In this document: positions 63,018 to 64,000 of the stretch, piece after piece
Numbering within the stretch: the first letter of the stretch is position 1
Layout: each line of letters begins with the position of its first letter
From: a virus
Taxonomy: Duplodnaviria; Caudoviricetes
Length of the DNA stretch: 64,000 nucleotides
IMG/VR virus record: IMGVR_UViG_3300022752_000013
Direction: 5' to 3' (one strand)
Made by a program: the position numbers and the translations under genes
Notes under the pieces: generated by a model
What the model was told of the DNA's origin: nothing
The model's input: only the letters and a program-made list of their open reading frames with translations
Databases searched by the model: none

Positions 63018-63560
63018 ATGACAGAACAAAAACAATTATCACGTTCAGAACGTGAAGCACAAATCAAAGACAAAGCCGGATGGGTCATTGTGGTCATGGC
63101 AGCCTTGTTGGCCATCAACACATACCTGGGCAATGGCAATAGCAGTCGTATCTTAAACGACACAATTGAAGCCAACAACACCTGGGCATTTTATCAAGCC
63201 AAGAGTATCAAAGGTACCTTGGCAGAAATGGCCCTGGATGATGCCATGGCCCGCAAGGATGTGAACAAAGTTGCCGCACTCAGCAAAAAGATTGCCAGAT
63301 ATGAAAGTGATCCTGCCACAGGCGAAGGCAAGAAAGAACTAATGACTAAAGCACGTGCTCTTGAAGCAGATCGTGCAGTGGCCAAGCAACGTAGCCCTTG
63401 GTACACATACGCAGGCAGTCTGTTGCAGATTGCTATTGTTTTACTCACTGCCAGTATACTCAGCGTGAAGAACAGTTTGTATCGAGCCAGCATAGGTGTT
63501 GGCGCATTTGCCTTGCTTTTGATGAGCCAGGCCGTTTGGTTATGGATACCAGGAGTATAA
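63018..63560 (+). CDS. DUF4337-like membrane protein
   Basis: A.NTWAFYQAKSIK, one N-terminal and two C-terminal TMs; TAAATA at 62993; GGAG. Confidence 0.75.
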   Translation: MTEQKQLSRSEREAQIKDKAGWVIVVMAALLAINTYLGNGNSSRILNDTIEANNTWAFYQAKSIKGTLAEMALDDAMARKDVNKVAALSKKIARYESDPATGEGKKELMTKARALEADRAVAKQRSPWYTYAGSLLQIAIVLLTASILSVKNSLYRASIGVGAFALLLMSQAVWLWIPGV

Positions 63561-63561
63561 T

Positions 63562-64000
63562 ATGGCATTACCAGGAATAGCAATTGGTGGCGGAATCAAC
63601 ATAGGTGGCGGCATTTTTATGGGCGGAGATCCTCCCAATCTCTACACACCCCTGGCAGGTAGTTTAGGGTTTAACGGAACCAGTCAGTATATCAGCATGA
63701 CTCCTGGGTGGACTCCGGCAGCCGGCGCATTTACTATAGAAGGCTGGTTCTACAACACCGGTGACTTCTCCAATCGGGCACTGATAGGCACTGATCAAAG
63801 TGTGGGCATGAGCATGTTTCTCACCAGTGATTCCAACATTACCCTGGACAGATACGGCGGTGGATATCAGCCCTCTTACACCTGGTCAGCAGGTACATTT
63901 AAAATAGGTCAGTGGCAATACATAGTGCTGAATCGCAATGCCACAACTGACTTGGAAACCATGTGGGTTGGAACTTTCTCCAACACTGCCAACTACGTGA
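63562..64000 (+). CDS. Concanavalin-A/LamG-like domain structural protein, runs off window end
   Basis: Hand-translated MALPGIAIGGGINIGGG...SLGFNGTSQY...FTIEGWFY...QWQYIVL; open to 64000; not in ORF track. Confidence 0.8.
   Translation, partial: MALPGIAIGGGINIGGGIFMGGDPPNLYTPLAGSLGFNGTSQYISMTPGWTPAAGAFTIEGWFYNTGDFSNRALIGTDQSVGMSMFLTSDSNITLDRYGGGYQPSYTWSAGTFKIGQWQYIVLNRNATTDLETMWVGTFSNTANYV

Noticed and set aside
1-64000. Bacterial chromosome or prophage, given clpP, infA, nadE, sod, erpA and groES
   Set aside because: These genes are isolated among phage structural, clamp-loader and lysis genes, outside their bacterial operons; T4-like late promoters are present and no integrase or att site was seen
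1-64000. Stop-codon recoding (TAG/TGA) as in some jumbo phages
   Set aside because: Recognisable genes are full length in code 11; TAA, TGA and TAG all end genes, with many ATGA overlaps
1-64000. tRNA, rRNA, tmRNA genes or CRISPR arrays
   Set aside because: Intergenic gaps are short; no cloverleaf/T-loop pattern or repeat-spacer periodicity found by eye (tRNAscan/Infernal not run)

Overview
A 64-kb segment of a large lytic dsDNA phage (jumbo, T4-like myophage style), read in the standard genetic code at very high coding density. Structural and replication markers: a baseplate-wedge-like gene, two Gly/Asn/Thr-rich tail-fibre genes, a gp44/RFC-like clamp loader, PhoH, and a spanin/GH19 endolysin cassette. 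Regulation has two tiers: about 16 near-consensus sigma70 promoters (TTGACN-17-TATAAT/TACAAT/TATACT), six of them preceded by a shared palindrome, and T4-late-like TAA(A/G)TA promoters. Many transcripts look leaderless. Host-like genes include clpP, infA, Fe/Mn SOD, erpA, groES, nadE and a Bug/TctC binding protein, which together suggest a proteobacterial, probably Burkholderiales, host (inference). Best candidates for undescribed systems: (1) a late-expressed sulfotransferase-like / APS-kinase-nucleotidyltransferase / 2OG-oxygenase / SGNH / TctC cluster at 52.6-60.6 kb; (2) a DGQHR(DUF262-like) + PD-(D/E)XK + EHxxP(DUF1524-like) nuclease cluster resembling a split GmrSD at 19.1-21.9 kb; (3) an ATE/Bpt-like aminoacyl-transferase triad at 28.3-29.5 kb; (4) a helically phased palindromic operator regulon; (5) a tandem F-x-F-x4-DA-x2-F-x-L-[KR]-W microprotein family; (6) capsid-targeting-like N-termini, including one on the SOD. 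No tRNA, rRNA, CRISPR array, integrase or reverse transcriptase was seen. All family calls are from motif recognition by eye, not database searches.
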